Source of the DNA: Cyanophora paradoxa CCMP329 | Taxonomy: Eukaryota; Plantae; Glaucophyta | Assembly (NCBI GenBank): GCA_004431415.1 | Contig: QPMI01000099.1 | Span: forward strand, 227,591-291,590 | DNA length: 64,000 nt | Direction: 5' to 3' | Shown here: piece after piece, positions 1-12,610 of the stretch | How the letters are laid out: the number at the start of each line of letters is the position of its first letter | Position numbering within the stretch: the stretch's first letter is position 1 | The notes under the pieces: generated by a model | Seen by the model: the letters and a program-made list of their open reading frames with translations, nothing else | Database searches by the model: none | What the model was told of the DNA's origin: nothing | Program-made: the position numbers and the translations under genes

Positions 1-1637
1 AGAGAAGTGGGCGTGGAAGGCGGTGGAGGCGGCGGTGTCGGTGGAGCGACATGGAACAGATGGGACAGGTTGCTGGAGGGGCGAGATGGGGAGGGTGCAG
101 CTGAAGGGCCCGTTTCGAGAAGGGGAAGGGTGGAGGAGGGGGGGGTGCGGGGGAGGAGGCTGGGGCGAGGGCCGGGCCTCTTCGGTGGGGGGGGCGGGGC
201 GGCGGCCGGTCTTGTGGGGGAGGCCGGTCTTGAGGTTCGGGAAGAGGCTCGGGCACAGCTGATGCGGCTGCGGGCGACGCTCCGTCCCGCCGCTGGGCGT
301 GACCGTGAGCAGCAGCAGGAGTGGAGGAAGCAGCTGCTGCTGTTCTAGATTTGCGGGGGCGAGGTCCGGGTCCGGAATTATTGCCTCGGGCTGCACGGAA
401 TCCCGCCGACTCTTGAATTTCTCGAAGGAGGCGCGGGCGTCGCGTCCGCACTGTTGCCGTGCCATCGGCTTGTGCCGCTGGTGGGTCAAGCGGGGGCACT
501 TGCGCCGGCGGACTGTCCTGTGGACTCTGGGGCCTGGCTATAGGAGAGCTCGAAATCGGCCTGGGGGGCGTCGTGGGGGTCGGGTTAGCTGCAGGCCTAG
601 CTATAGAGGTGTCGCTGACGACCGACAGGCGCGGGCGGGGCTGGAAGAAGGTGCGGATGTCTGCTCGCGAGTTCCGGGCCGCAGGCCTAGGGGTAGTCTG
701 CAGCTGCGCGCTCGGCGGAGGTCGGTGTTGGGGTTCCGGCGCGAGCGTGACTATTTTGGGCCTGGATGGGCCTGCAATGGCTTCGTCTTGGGGGCCGCGG
801 TCTGTCTCGCTGGTTTTGGGGGGCGACGGTGGAGCGGTACATTTTCCTTTGCGTTTGTGCTGAGCCAGGGCTTCGGGGGAGGCAGCGGCGTAGCCGCACG
901 TGCAGCTGAGGGGGGCATCCCTCGGCAGTTCTCCCGGAGCCGGCGCAGCCACCGGTATTGCCTGGGGCGGCTCGGGCTGAGAGGCGGTGCCCGTGGGCAC
1001 CCCCGTATTCAAGGCCTGCGAGCCTAGAATCCGGGTAAGAATGAGGCCGCGCCAGGTGGCACAGTTAGACACGGTGCCCGTGAAGGGAGGCGTGTAGGCC
1101 TTGAGGTCATGTTCCAAGGCGCGGACAAGCATTTCGGCAAAGGCGCAGACGAAAATCCCGCAGTTAAATCTGTCCTGTTGGGCCGGAATGGGGAATCGGG
1201 TGGCTGAGGGGAGGGGCCAGGTGAGAGCATTGTCGGCACCAGTCAGGGAGCCTGGGGCTTCACGTTCGCGCTCCATGTTGAGCCATTGAAGGAGGGGCAG
1301 GAGTTGACGGCGGGCCGCTGCTGGGCCCGGGAGATTGAATCCATCGTATAATTCAGCACGGCGAGCACGGAGGTGGAGGGCTGCAAGGATCCAGTGGCCC
1401 GGGGTGTGGATAGGGAAGAGTAATAGGTCATAGTCAAACACATTAATTCCGCGCCCGGCGGTGCGACGGCGCAGGCGGGCGCTGTCCGCCGGCGTTATTG
1501 TCTGGGGAATAGCGTCATAGAAAGTATGCGGGAAAAGTAAGACGCGGCGGCGGGGGTTAATTTCTCCGTTCGCAAGAAGGTTTAGTTGGGCGAGGTAGTA
1601 GTTGATGACGTCGGCGTTCACCCAGGACGTGCCGTTC
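1..1637 (-). CDS. Ulp1/SENP-like (peptidase C48) cysteine protease domain + CxC..H..C Zn-finger + Pro-rich linker; intronless, 5'-truncated, probably transposon-encoded, runs off the window start
   Basis: Manual translation of a minus frame absent from the ORF track (no stop before position 1): SWVNADVINYYL...FPHTFY...FDYDLLLFPIHTPGHWILAALHL...ELYDGF...AQQDRFNCGIFVCAFAEML (His, Asp, Gln and Cys motifs of C48). It continues in frame to LSCTCGYAAASPEALAQHKRKGKC (~905-840). Upstream it abuts a repeat also found at 8031. Confidence 0.85.
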
Positions 1638-1931
1638 GGCCCCTGCGTAGGCCTCCGCCGCCTCCGGCCGCCGCTGGTCGCCGCGGCCCGCGCGGGCGCG
1701 TCTCGGCCGCCCGCGCCGCGGCGGGCGATGGTCTCGAGGGCACCGGTGCGCCTCGCCCTGCTTTTCGCCCCTTCGGGGCCCCATCGACCCCTCCTTGAGC
1801 AGGTGCGGCGGCCTGGGGAGGGCGTAAGCGTGAGGATGGGGCGCAGACCGGGCGGCGCGGGGCGGCGCGGGGCGGGGCGGGGCCCGAGGGCCTCGCCCCG
1901 GCCCTGCCCTCCGCGTTCCCCCGCATCCCGG

Positions 1932-2577
1932 CAGGCCGAGGCCCCGGCAGCCGAGGCCGCCTCGCTCCGCCCCGACTCGCGCTGCCGCTTCTTTGCGTCC
2001 GACGGACTCCTTTACATCTGGAGTAGCCATAGGCCTCCCGGCCCGTTCCTCTGCCCCGCCCCGCCCCCTCCCGACTACGGCCCGTAAGGAAGTCTTGTGC
2101 GGCAATCCCCGAAAAAGGGCCAGGATGTACGAGATCGTGCACACAAGCGAACGTGATGTCGAGTAATAGCAAAGAACCTAAGAATGCGCTGTTTTAAGCC
2201 TTGAAGAGCCGGGAAGAAAAGCGAAGCTGGCTGGCTGGCTGAGCGTCCGGGAAGGCACGCTACGTCCAAGCTACGCTACTCTGCACTACAGCGCATTGGT
2301 GTGGCGTGGCGGGGAGGGCCCCCGATCGATCGGAGGGCCCTACTCGAGTCGATGGGAGGAGATAGGGGGGCGGGGGAGGGGGAAGGAGGGGGGGGGGGGG
2401 GGAGGGGGGGGCGGGCGGGCGGAGGGTTGAGGGAGCGGGGTAGAGTAGCACATGTGGGGGAGGCCGCGATGTCCGAGAGAGGGCCCTCAGGGCGCCGCAA
2501 GGGGAGGAGGGAGGAGGAGGCGACGGCCGGCCGGTGCTGCGGCGGGCGGGCGCGGGGCGCCGGGGCGCTGCTCGCAG
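1932..2577. repeat. ~650-bp segment duplicated in inverted orientation at ~8813-9496
   Basis: Near-identical reverse complement; ORFs 2075..2269(-) and 9152..(+) begin with the same peptide. Confidence 0.9.
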
Positions 2578-2595
2578 GCCCGCCGGGGCGCGGCC

Positions 2596-5500
2596 TCAGG
2601 CGGAAGCCATCACGTCAAGGACGCCCTGCGGGAGGAGGCGGTGCTTCCGTGCCGCCTCCTTCTTGATGCGCTCGCAGGCAGCCTTGAACGCCGCCGGCTC
2701 CCCCGAGAGCTCCGACAAGGCGGCCAGGGCGCGCAGGACATTGCCCTCAGCGCGCTTGCAGCTGCCGAGCATGCAGCCGTGCGCGAGCTCCGGCCACTCG
2801 ATGAGAAGCAGCCCCACCTGCCGGAGTCTCGTGATCCAGTCCGAGAGAGTCCCTCTGTAGTGTCTCTGCGCAAACGATCGAATCAAAAGCAGCTCTCAGC
2901 AGGCTCTGAAAACGCGAACCGGCTTCAAGATGCCGTGGCTGATGAGGGCGGCGCGGCAGTACGACCTGATCGAACGGCAGTTCTGGCCCTTGAGGTACGT
3001 GCGGGCGGCAGCGATGCAGGCCGGGGTGAGCGGGTGCACGCGGAGGCCGGCGCCGCGGCCGGCCGGGGCCGGGGCCGCCTGGTACCCCTCGAAGTGGTCC
3101 CCGCTGAGCTTGCAGAGGCGCGTCATGGCCCGCTGGACCCGCTTCCAGAGCGCGGGGTCGCCCCGGCTGCTGCAGACGCCGATGAGCTGCTCGGCGAGCT
3201 CGACGACGCCGCCCACGCCCATGCTGGCCAGCGGCTCCGTCTCGACGCCCACGTCCCGCGCGATCTCAATGAGCTTCTGCGCCTGTTTCTCCTGCCCGTC
3301 CGTCAGCCGAATGCCGCTGCCGCGTCGCGCGGGCTGCGGCTGCGGCTGCGGCTGCGGCTGCGGCTGCGGCTCGGCGCCGGCTGCGGCTTCCGGGGACCCC
3401 CAATACTCCGCCAGTATCTTGACAAGCGGGCGCGTGCGAGTCGCCTTGCTGGGGCGGGGCGCTGCTGCTGCGGCCGCCGCGGCTGCCGCTGCGACGTCTT
3501 CCTCGCCCTCCGCGTCGGCTGGCGGCGCGCCCCCCTCCGCCTCCGCCTCCTCGCCCTGCCCCCGGGGGCCGGGCGATGCTGCGACCTCCTCCTCCTCCTC
3601 CTCGACCTCCTCCTCGTCGTCCTCGCCCTCGCCCTCGCCCTCCTCCTCGCCCGCCTCCTCCTCCTCGGCTCCGGCTGCCGCCGCGGCCTCCTCCTCGTCA
3701 TCCCCGTCCTCCTCGTCATCCCCGTCCTCCTCCTCCCCCTCGCCCTCCTCCTCCTCCTCCTCCTCCTCCTCCTCCTCCTCCTCCTCGTCCAAGCCACCGC
3801 CAAACTGCCGGCGGCAAAGGTAAGCGAGCCGCCGCGCCCCCGGCGGGCCGGGGCCCCACTCACGTCGGGGCCGCCGCCGCCGTCGTCAGACATCGCCTCG
3901 CCGCGCGCCGCGAACTCTTCCTCGCTGTCTTCCATCGGGTCGGCCGGCGGCTGGCGCGGACGCGGCGGTCAGAGCGGCCTCGGGCGCAGGCCGCCGCGCC
4001 GGGCGCACCTCGTCCGGCAGCTCCCCCGCGGCCCGTGCCGCCTCCGCCGCCGCCGCTGCCGCGGCCGCCGCGGCCGCCGCCGCCGCCGCCGCCTGCTGCT
4101 GCTGCTGCTGCTGCAGCCGGGCCAGGTTCTCCTCCGCTGCGGCAGCGCGCCCCTCCGCAACATCCGCCCGCCGGTTCGCCGCGGCCCGCTCCGCCTCTGC
4201 GTCCGCCACCGCTGCCGCCGCCGCCTCACGGGCCTTCGCCTTCGCCTGCTCCAACTCTGCCGCCGCCTCCGCAAGTTGCTGCTGCAGCCGGGCCGACCTC
4301 TCCTCCGCTGCGGCAGCCCGCCGGTTCGCCGGGGCCAGCGCCTGGCGGGCACGCTGATTTGCCGCGGCCAGCGCCTGCTCTCTCTCCGCCGCCGCCTCCG
4401 CTAGCTGCTGCTGCAGCCTGGCCGCCGCGCCCCGCAGACTCTCAAGCTCCGCTGCCTGCGCGTCGAGCGCCTCCCGCAGCCGAGCATCCACCACGCTGGG
4501 CCCGGGTGCTGGAGCCGGCGCCTCGCCCTCGATGCCCCCGTCGCCGAGCGCTCCAGCCTGCGAACGCGTGAGATCGAAGATCAGGGACGTCGGTCGTCGG
4601 AAATTGGTGTACCCCAGGCAAGGCCAGCTCGGCGGCGCCGGCGCCAGCCGCGCCGGGCGCCGCAACCGCAGCCGAGCGCTCTGCCAGCTGCGTCTGAGCC
4701 AGGAGCGTCAGGCGCCGCGAGGGGGTCGGTCAGCCTAGCTCGGATTGCCGCAGCGCTAGCCGTACCTCGAGAGAAGCATTCCGCTGCAGCAGTTCCCGCT
4801 GCCCACGCTCGAGAGAGGCGAGGCAGGCCTTCACTCGCTGCGGGGAAGGGGCGGAGCGGCGCCTCGCGCCGTCATCCGCCCCGAACACGATGCCGGCTGC
4901 TTCGAGAGCCTCCAACATCCCCAGAGTCTGCTGCAGCGTATCACGCAAAAGCTGCCGCCGAGGACGTAAATTAGCGTCAAATAAGCCAGGCGTGGGAGAA
5001 ACCGCGGACCGGCAAGCGCTCATTGTCCGGTAGCAACTTGTTCACCAGATATTTCGACAGCAAACCAGCCTGAGAGCGGGCGCGTCAGCGAGTAAACGAG
5101 TCGAGCGAAGCGTGTAGTGAGCTTACGGAAAAGGTAAGCGCAGAACACCACGGAGGAGGAAGGGTAATATTCGCTAATACCCAGACTGTTCTTGTTGCGA
5201 CCATCGTGACTACTGGAATCGAAGCTCTGAGGAAGGTCTTGCTGCGTAGAAGCTTCACCAGCGCCCGGAGGCAGCACATCCAGTTCGACTTCTGCCGGTT
5301 TCCCAACTCCGCCAGCGCCCGAAGGAACCCCTGCCCGTTCTCCGCCAGCCCCCAGAGGCAGCTGTTCCCGTTCTTCAATAGCGCCCGGAGGCTGCGCCCC
5401 CACGGACTCCTAGCGCTGGGCGCCTGTTTGGGAACCACGAGTGAGCTGATGCGCTCAGAGAGGGAACAGAGAGCTCGTCACCGGCAGCATGCGACCGGGC

Positions 5501-7215
5501 GACAAGGACAGACGTGAGCGCCGACCCGGCAATCTCGCTGGGCTAGCTGGGACGATCTCCTCGGCTACCTCCATGTCTAGCCTGAGAAAAGAAGAAGAGG
5601 TCAGTTACGAACGTCTGCAGCCGAGCGGGGCGCCCGATCCAGCCGGTCCCTCACCTGAGAATGGAGCAAGGGCACTGGCGGTCTCCGGCGACGACACAGT
5701 AAAGACAACCGTGGCACAAGGCAGCGTGTCCAGGCGACCTGCAACGGAAGGGGTCAAAGAGCGTAGCATGCGCACGGCGGTGCCGCTAGGCCCAGTTACG
5801 CCTAGCATGTAGAGAGATCTAGAGTCTCCGAATACGATTCCTTCGACGGCTCGGAACTACGCGGTGATGCGGGCCGGGGCGGCGTTCGCGCGGCCGGGCG
5901 CGGCGAACCTGGGCGTGGTCCCGCTCGAGAGGTTGCGCGTACGGGTGCGCAAGAGGTGGCAGCAAACCTGCGGAACGGAGCTCTCGTTAGTATTCAGGCC
6001 GGCGGGGTGAGGAGCGACCGCGCTCTCGACTCAAGGGCAAGGTTCGCCCGCCGCCCGGCCAGCGACGGCTTCGCGGCAGAGGCCGGCATCGCAGGGCGGA
6101 AAGGGGGCGCGTTGTATCAGATCTCCTCGCTGTTCAAGGGCCCCCAGCGCCGAATCCTAGCGGAGCGGCGGCGGAGCTATTGATCTAGGGCGGAGCGGCG
6201 ACTGCGCACCTCGGCAGGCTGTCCTAGGTCGTCGCGCTGCAGCTTGTGGCCGGGGCTTCGAAGTTGCCGGAAAGAGCCGCGTACCCCCCTCCAGAGCGTC
6301 GGAGTGTCCTGGCTGCGTCCACCGCCTGCTGCCGCTGTCGCCCCGAGGCACGATCCGCGACCGAGATGAAAGGCTGCAGCTGCTCCCGAGCTGCCAATCG
6401 ATTGCTCTCCCGTACTATCAACGGCACGCTCTACATGCCACCAAGAGCTCAGCGGCCGCAGTGCTGTGCGGGCGATCCGCTGAAATGACCGAAATGTGGT
6501 TCCACGGGCCCGCCGCCGCCTCCGCGCAAGCTTTTGGCTGTGCAACGCGGCTGCGCGAGCTCCAGCGTCTGCAGCTCGTGGAATGCAGCTGTTCGGCCAT
6601 CGCACGGCCGCCGATGCGAGCTGGAGGTTCCACCGCCGCCGAAATGGCCCGAGGAGCTGTCACGCTGTTCGACAAGTTCTCCATCGTCGCTTCTCCCGTC
6701 GTAGCTAGCTGCCGGCGTCAGCTCGCGTAGCTACTGGTGCGAGCCGGGTCTGATGGGCGTCGAGCCCCCGCAAGTCTGAACTGCCCGCGCAGCGTACCCG
6801 GACGTCGACCCTGGCCTGGCGGGCGGCGGCATAGCGGCGAGCGAGAGACCGTCACTGCAGCGAGGTGCGGCGGGAGCCATCGCCGTGCGCCGCCGCGCCG
6901 CCGCGCGACGCGGCGCCGCCGCGCCGCCCGCCCGGCCGCGGCCGCCGACAGCGCGCAGCTCTGCCCAGGCGCGAGCCGTCGAGGTCGGGCGCCGGGCGCG
7001 GCGCGGCGGGCTCGGCCGGCTCGGCTCGGCCGGCGGGTTCGGCGGGGCGGGTCGCCCCGGGGCGCAGCGCGCGCCAAGCTGGCACAGGCCGCCGTCGCCT
7101 GGGTGCGAGCCCACGCGCCTATCCCCGCCGTGAGCGCTCGCCCGGCCGACCTTCTCGCCCAGCCGACCGCCCGCGCCGCCGCAGGCTTCTTCCCGTGCGC
7201 GTCGAGCGAGGACAC
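2596..7215 (-). CDS. multi-exon hypothetical gene: shared 5' cassette, unique middle, Ala/Gln coiled-coil repeats, poly-Glu tract (exon structure approximate)
   Basis: Co-oriented ORFs 6418..6684, 5085..5438, 4730..5023, 3886..4665 (ARLQQQLAEAAAE repeats), 2896..3792 and 2596..2886. GT..AG intron 5582-5654 with a TAACTGAC branch-like motif. Confidence 0.45.
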
Positions 7216-8399
7216 CCCTCCCGCCTCTCGCGAGCTGAAGGCGCGCTCTTCTACTCCCGCGCCCCGAATCGCTCGCTCGCCCCTCTAACCGCGCCCCGCG
7301 CTCGCCCCGGCCTCACGCCTCAGACGCCTCAGCCGATTGCGGCCGACGAGCCCCGCAGCTGAGCCGCAGCTAAGCCACGATCCGAGCGGGTCGACTTGCA
7401 ACGCTCTCCAGCAGCGGCTCAGCGGCCGCATCAAGCGGCTGAGCTCTCATCGCATCAAGCGGCCTAGCCGATCGCTGCCGACGAGCAGCTGAGCCCTGCA
7501 GCTGAGCCGCCTTTCGCTCCAACTGCTCAGTCGACTTGCAACGCTCTCCAGCAGCGGCTTGGCGAGCCAGCGTACCCGGACCCTCACGGCCTCGCCGGCG
7601 GCCGCGCGCCAGCGCTTCTCCTCGTTGGCGTCGGACGCTATGCGTCTTTCCACTCTTCTCCGCCTGCGGTGCGCCCCATCCCCCCCCGTCGAGCGCCAGC
7701 TCGCCCCGCAGAAGTCGGGCGCGGCTTCTGACTGCGGGTCGACGTCGCTCAGGGGCGCAGCGCGCGCCAAGGTGGCAGGCAGAGGCAGACATCGCACCGC
7801 CCACCTCGCCCCCGGCCCGCCGACCTTCGCCCTTGGGCCCCGTTGTCTGTTCGCCCGCCCCTCTCGAGGACGGCAAACCCGGCGGTGCGCCCCGCGCGGG
7901 CCGCTTCCGAGCATTTCGCGGGCTGACCGGGGCCCCAGCCGTTGAATCACGTACCCGCCTGCTCGATGGGGCGCCCCTGCGGCCGGGAGACCTCCGCCGG
8001 AGGGCCGCGAGGAAGCTGGTGGGGCGCCGCGGCCCCTGCGTAGGCCTCCGCCGCCTCCGGCCGCCGCTGGTCGCCGCGGCCCGCGCGGGGCGCGTCTCGG
8101 CCGCCCGCGCCGCGGCGGGCGATGGTCTCGAGGGGCACCGGTGCGCCTCGCCCTGCTTCCCGCCCCCCCTCGGGGCCCCCTCCGACCCCTCCTTGCGCAG
8201 GTGCGGCGGCCTGGGGATGCGACGTGGGCGCGGGGGCGGGGCGCAGACCGGGAGGGCCCGAGGGGCCCGAGGGCTTCGCCCCAGCCCTGCCTGCAGCGCC
8301 GCCCCCGCCCCCGCCCCGGCCCCCGCTTCCCTCTGGAGTCTGCCGTCCCCGGGCCTGGGGGGGTACGACCCGGAGAGGAGACGCCGGTCGCGCTGTGTG

Positions 8400-8869
8400 G
8401 CGGCGGCAGCATCGGTAGCGGAGGCAGAGGCGCAGCGGGCTGCGGCGAACCGGTGGGCGGATGCCCCGCAACAGCAGCAGCAGGAGCCCCGCAGCAGCAG
8501 CAGCAGGAGCGGCAGCAGGCGGCGGCGGCGGCGGCGGCGGCACGGGCCGCGGGGGAGCTGCCGGACGAGGTGTGCCCCGCGCGGCGGCCTGCGCCCGAGG
8601 CCGCTCTGACCGCCGCGTCCGCGCCAGCCGCCGGTCGACCCGATGGAAGACAGCGAGGAAAGGTTCGCGGCGCGCGGCGCGGCGATGTCCGACGGCGGCG
8701 GTGGCGGCGCCGGCGGCGGCCCGGGAGACGTGGGCGGGCCCCGGCCCGCCCGGGCGCCGCGGCCGGCGCCGCCCCTCGCTCCTCGGGGCGTCCTCGACGC
8801 GAGCAGCGCCCCGGCGAGCAGCGCCCCGGCGCCCCGCGCCCGCCCGCCGCAGCACCGGCCGGCCGTCGC

Positions 8870-8924
<55 letters not shown>

Positions 8925-9496
8925 ACCCCCCCTCCCCCTGCGGCGCCCTGAGGGCCCTCTCTCGGACATCGCGGCCTCCCCCACATGTGCTGCTCTACCC
9001 CGCTCCCTCAACCCTCCGCCCGCCCCCCCCCCCCTCCTTCCCCTCCCCCACCCCCCTATCTCCTCCCATCGACTCGAGTAGGGCCCTCTGATCAATTGAC
9101 GGCCCTCCCCGCCACGCCACACCAATGCGCTGTAGTGCAGAGTAGCGTAGCTTGGACGTAGCGTGCCTTCCCGGACGCTCAGCCAGCCAGCCAGCTTCGC
9201 TTTTCTTCCCGGCTCTTCAAGGCTTAAAACAGCGCATTCTTAGGTTCTTTGCTATTACTCGACATCACGTTCGCTTGTGTGCACGATCTCGTACATCCTG
9301 GCCCTTTTTCGGGGATTGCCGCACAGATTTTCAAGAATTCCTTACGGGCCGTAGTCGGGAGGGGGCGGGGCGGGGCAGAGGAACGGGCCGGGAGGCCTAT
9401 GGCTACTCCAGATGTAAAGGAGTCCGTCGGACGCAAAAAAGCGGCAGCGCGAGTCGGGGCGGAGCGAGGCGGCCTCGGCTGCCGGGGCCTCGGCCT
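8400..9496 (+). pseudogene. inverted, internally deleted copy of the 3' part of the 2.6-7.2 kb gene and its downstream flank
   Basis: The MEDSEE.FAARG.AMSD segment at 8643(+) mirrors 3935(-); 8813-9496 mirrors 1932-2577. Confidence 0.6.
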
Positions 9497-11123
9497 GTCC
9501 ATCGCCCGCGGCGGCGCGAGCGGCCGAGACGCGCTCCGCGCGGGGCCGCTGCAACCAACAGCGGCCGGAGGCGGCGGAGGCATAGGAAGGGGCCGGGCGA
9601 CGGCGGGCCGCGGGGAGCCCCACGGAGCAGGGGGGTACCTGATTCGATGGCTAGGGCCCGGGTCAGCCCGCGAGGTGCTCGGGAGCAGCCCGCGCGGGGC
9701 GTACCGTCGGGTTTGCCATCCTCGAGAGGGGCGGGAAGGGGGGCGGGAAGGGGCCGGGGAAGGGGGGCGGGAAGGGGCCGGGGGGGGGGGGGGGGAGGGA
9801 GGGGGGGGGGGGCGTACGCGGGCTTTCGACACCTTCCGCGGGGTACCGGACAGCAATCGAACAGGAGTGACGTGGTGAGTCTGAGAACAGAGCCCCGCGC
9901 GTCCGCGGCGTCGGCGTGCAGGGGACGATAGGGAGAGCTGGCCGGCGAGGCGTGAGCGGCGGCGGGGGCGGAGGGGAAGCGGCGGTGCGGGCGGGTGCGA
10001 GGCGCACGTATGCGTTTCCCCGGGTCCGGTGCGGGAAGGAGAGGAACCGAGCGCGGGTCGGCCGGGCCCCCCCGTCGTCCTCCGGCCGCAGGCGCGTCGA
10101 CAGAGCGGCCGCGGGTCGACGCTCTGCGCCGCCTCTCGCGCGCCGTCGCGTGCACTGGAGGGGCTACCAACGGCCGCCGCGTCTGAGAACGTGGGGTTAG
10201 AGGGGCGCCGAACCTCGGAGAGGCGGGGGAAGCGCGGCGAGGCGCACCGCGGCGGCGGCAGCCGAGACACGCCCCGCACGACGGATCCGTCTTGCAGGGC
10301 CGCGCCGCTCGCGAGCCGGTGCAGAGCTCGGAACGACTGAGGAGGCTGAGTGTGAACGTGAGACTGCTCAGCACGCGGGCGGCGCGGGGCGCGGGGTGGG
10401 TTCTGCGCACCTCAATGAACCGTAAAGTCCAGCGTGCGCCCCGACCTGCTCCCCGCCTCCACAAGCCCGCATAAGCATAGATGGCGTCGAAATCTGAGCT
10501 GGAGTGAATGGCGAAGAAGCAATACAGATGGAGCCTCAGGGAGCGTGGGCAAACCTAGGCCTGTCTCGCCGCAGCACGGTTCGGCGGCCGTCGGAGACGT
10601 GCACAACGTTAACGAGCTCGAGCTCTTCGAGCTCTGTCCGACGGTCGCTCCATGTGCGCCCCGCCTGCGGGCGGTCGAATGCCGGGCGCCGCGAATCCAG
10701 AAGCTGAAGGCGAACCAGGACATGCACGCCGCGGCGCGAGCGACGAATGCAGCTGCAGTGAACGCCGCAACGAGCGCGAGACATGGCGCTCTACAGCGCT
10801 CTCGCGGCTCCGCGCTGCAGTAGTGTAGCCCGGCCGGCTGCGCCGATGATTTGGGTACAGGTGCGTCGAGGTGGAAAAAGCTGGACCAAGACTCGAACAG
10901 TCAGGTTCCTCGCGAGCGATCGATCGCGATCGCGTGGATCGTTTTTTTAGTCGAGCAAGTGACGCCAATTGTTGAACGCTATCGAATCGGAGGCTTATAT
11001 TATTAAGTTATATATTCGGAGTTCGATCGATATCGCGAATTCGCGACAACGTTACAAGTTGACGTCGGCCTAACGTTCGGTTCACGTTGCGAGACCTGAT
11101 CACGAGAACGCCGAGCGTGCATT

Positions 11124-11364
11124 CACAGCTCGTTTTTTTTACCGGTCGACCCGACACGGCCAAATATCCGGTTTCGTTAAATTCCCCTCGGGTTTTCGGA
11201 ATTCCCCGGCTTTAGCTAGTGCAATCTGCCCGGTAGCATGCCGGCTACAAGCTGTTGCGAGGAGACTAGCCGTTTTGCGGCGGGTGAAAAGTTATCGCGA
11301 TCGCCGGCTACCCTTGCCCATATCCGGGCCGTGTTGGGTCGATTAGGAAAAAAAACGAGCTGTG
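11124..11364. mobile_element. non-autonomous TIR element (CAC..GTG ends, CACTA/EnSpm-like MITE) with 3-bp TSD
   Basis: TIRs CACAGCTCGTTTTTTT / AAAAAAACGAGCTGTG with ATT on both flanks. The empty site GAGCGTGCATTAGT is seen in later array units. Confidence 0.85.
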
Positions 11365-12385
11365 ATTAGTCTAATTTAATTCATGATCACTGAGTCAGGA
11401 TTTCTGTGGAGCTGCTAATTGTAACATGCCACAAACGCTAGCGACGATGCGGCCGCGGGGGATCCGGATTAGCGCTAATCTCCCCCTTCGATATTCTGCA
11501 GAATTCGAAGATCCTTTAATAATGGAGTTCCTGCATGGCCCAAAACAAGTAACATTATTAATATTCAAGCACGTGGGCGATATCGATCGCGATGGCCATG
11601 GGCCAGCACTGATCCAGCATGCGCAGCCGGTCGCTGACCCGTGCACGTGCGGCCGGGGCCGTGCGGCATGCATATGCATATATATATCATCACTAGAATT
11701 GATCATGATGCACGAGCTCGAGCGCTGGTCCGGGCCCGACGGTCCCATATGTTAAAATTGTTTAAACCGTGAACGAGTCACACTGATCATGAGTGCGCGG
11801 CGTATACGTACTACGCGCTACGTATCATAGTATATACGCGTACGACGGGGCCTGAGGCCAATCCGCCGGGCCCGGCGGCCGCCCGGCCCGCGCACGGCCG
11901 CCGGGAGGCCGGATGGGAACTGCTATTGAATCCGGCTGGGACTTGGCCCCATGGAGTCGAGTGAAGGGCCAGCCCGGCCAGGCCCTGAGGGCATTTTCAT
12001 GCGCGTCTCAGTCTGAACTGCGGCGCCGGCTGAAGGCCCCTTTGTTATATTTAATTAGGCTCCGGTCCGGATCGTCGTTACGTGAATTCCGAGCATGCAT
12101 TAGTTTAATTCAGGATTTCTGCGGAGCTGCTAGCGCTAATTGTAACATGCCACAAACGCTAGCGACGATGCGGGGGATTAGCGCTAATCTCCGGTCCCCC
12201 CTCGATATTCTGCACAATTCGGATCCTTTAATAATTAATGGAGTTCCTGGCCTAAAACAAGTAACATTATTAATATTCAAGCACGTGGGCGATATCGATG
12301 GGCCAGCACTGATCCAGCAGCCGGTCGCTGACCCGTGCCGGCGCCGCCGGGGCCGCCGTGCGGCATGCATATATATGCATATATA

Positions 12386-12610
12386 CTGTAGGAATGCATT
12401 TTTAGCCGATGTTTTAAATTGCCGTATATTGCCGAGAGGCCGGATTCGGCAATTTTAAGCCACGGCAATTCTCAGGGGGTAGGGCTAAATGGCCGCTTTT
12501 GTATGGCGCCATAGAAGAAATCCAAAGTTTCGGCAATTTATCGTCACGGCAATTCCGGTTTTGGTCGAATTCGGCAATTTAACTACGCGGCAATTTAAGC
12601 ATTCCTACAG
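12386..12610. mobile_element. MITE with TA target duplication (Tc1/mariner-type)
   Basis: Perfect 12-bp TIR CTGTAGGAATGC/GCATTCCTACAG with TA on both sides; absent from the other array units. Confidence 0.9.

Noticed and set aside
2452-4404. 650-aa plus-strand ORF and many similar long Arg/Pro/Gly-rich ORFs (e.g. 24180..25916, 43075..44229)
   Set aside because: Antisense or shadow frames of GC-rich low-complexity sequence or tandem repeats.
1932-9496. Large transposon bounded by 650-bp TIRs
   Set aside because: No TSD or transposase seen, and the inverted homology extends into gene fragments, which fits an inverted duplication better.
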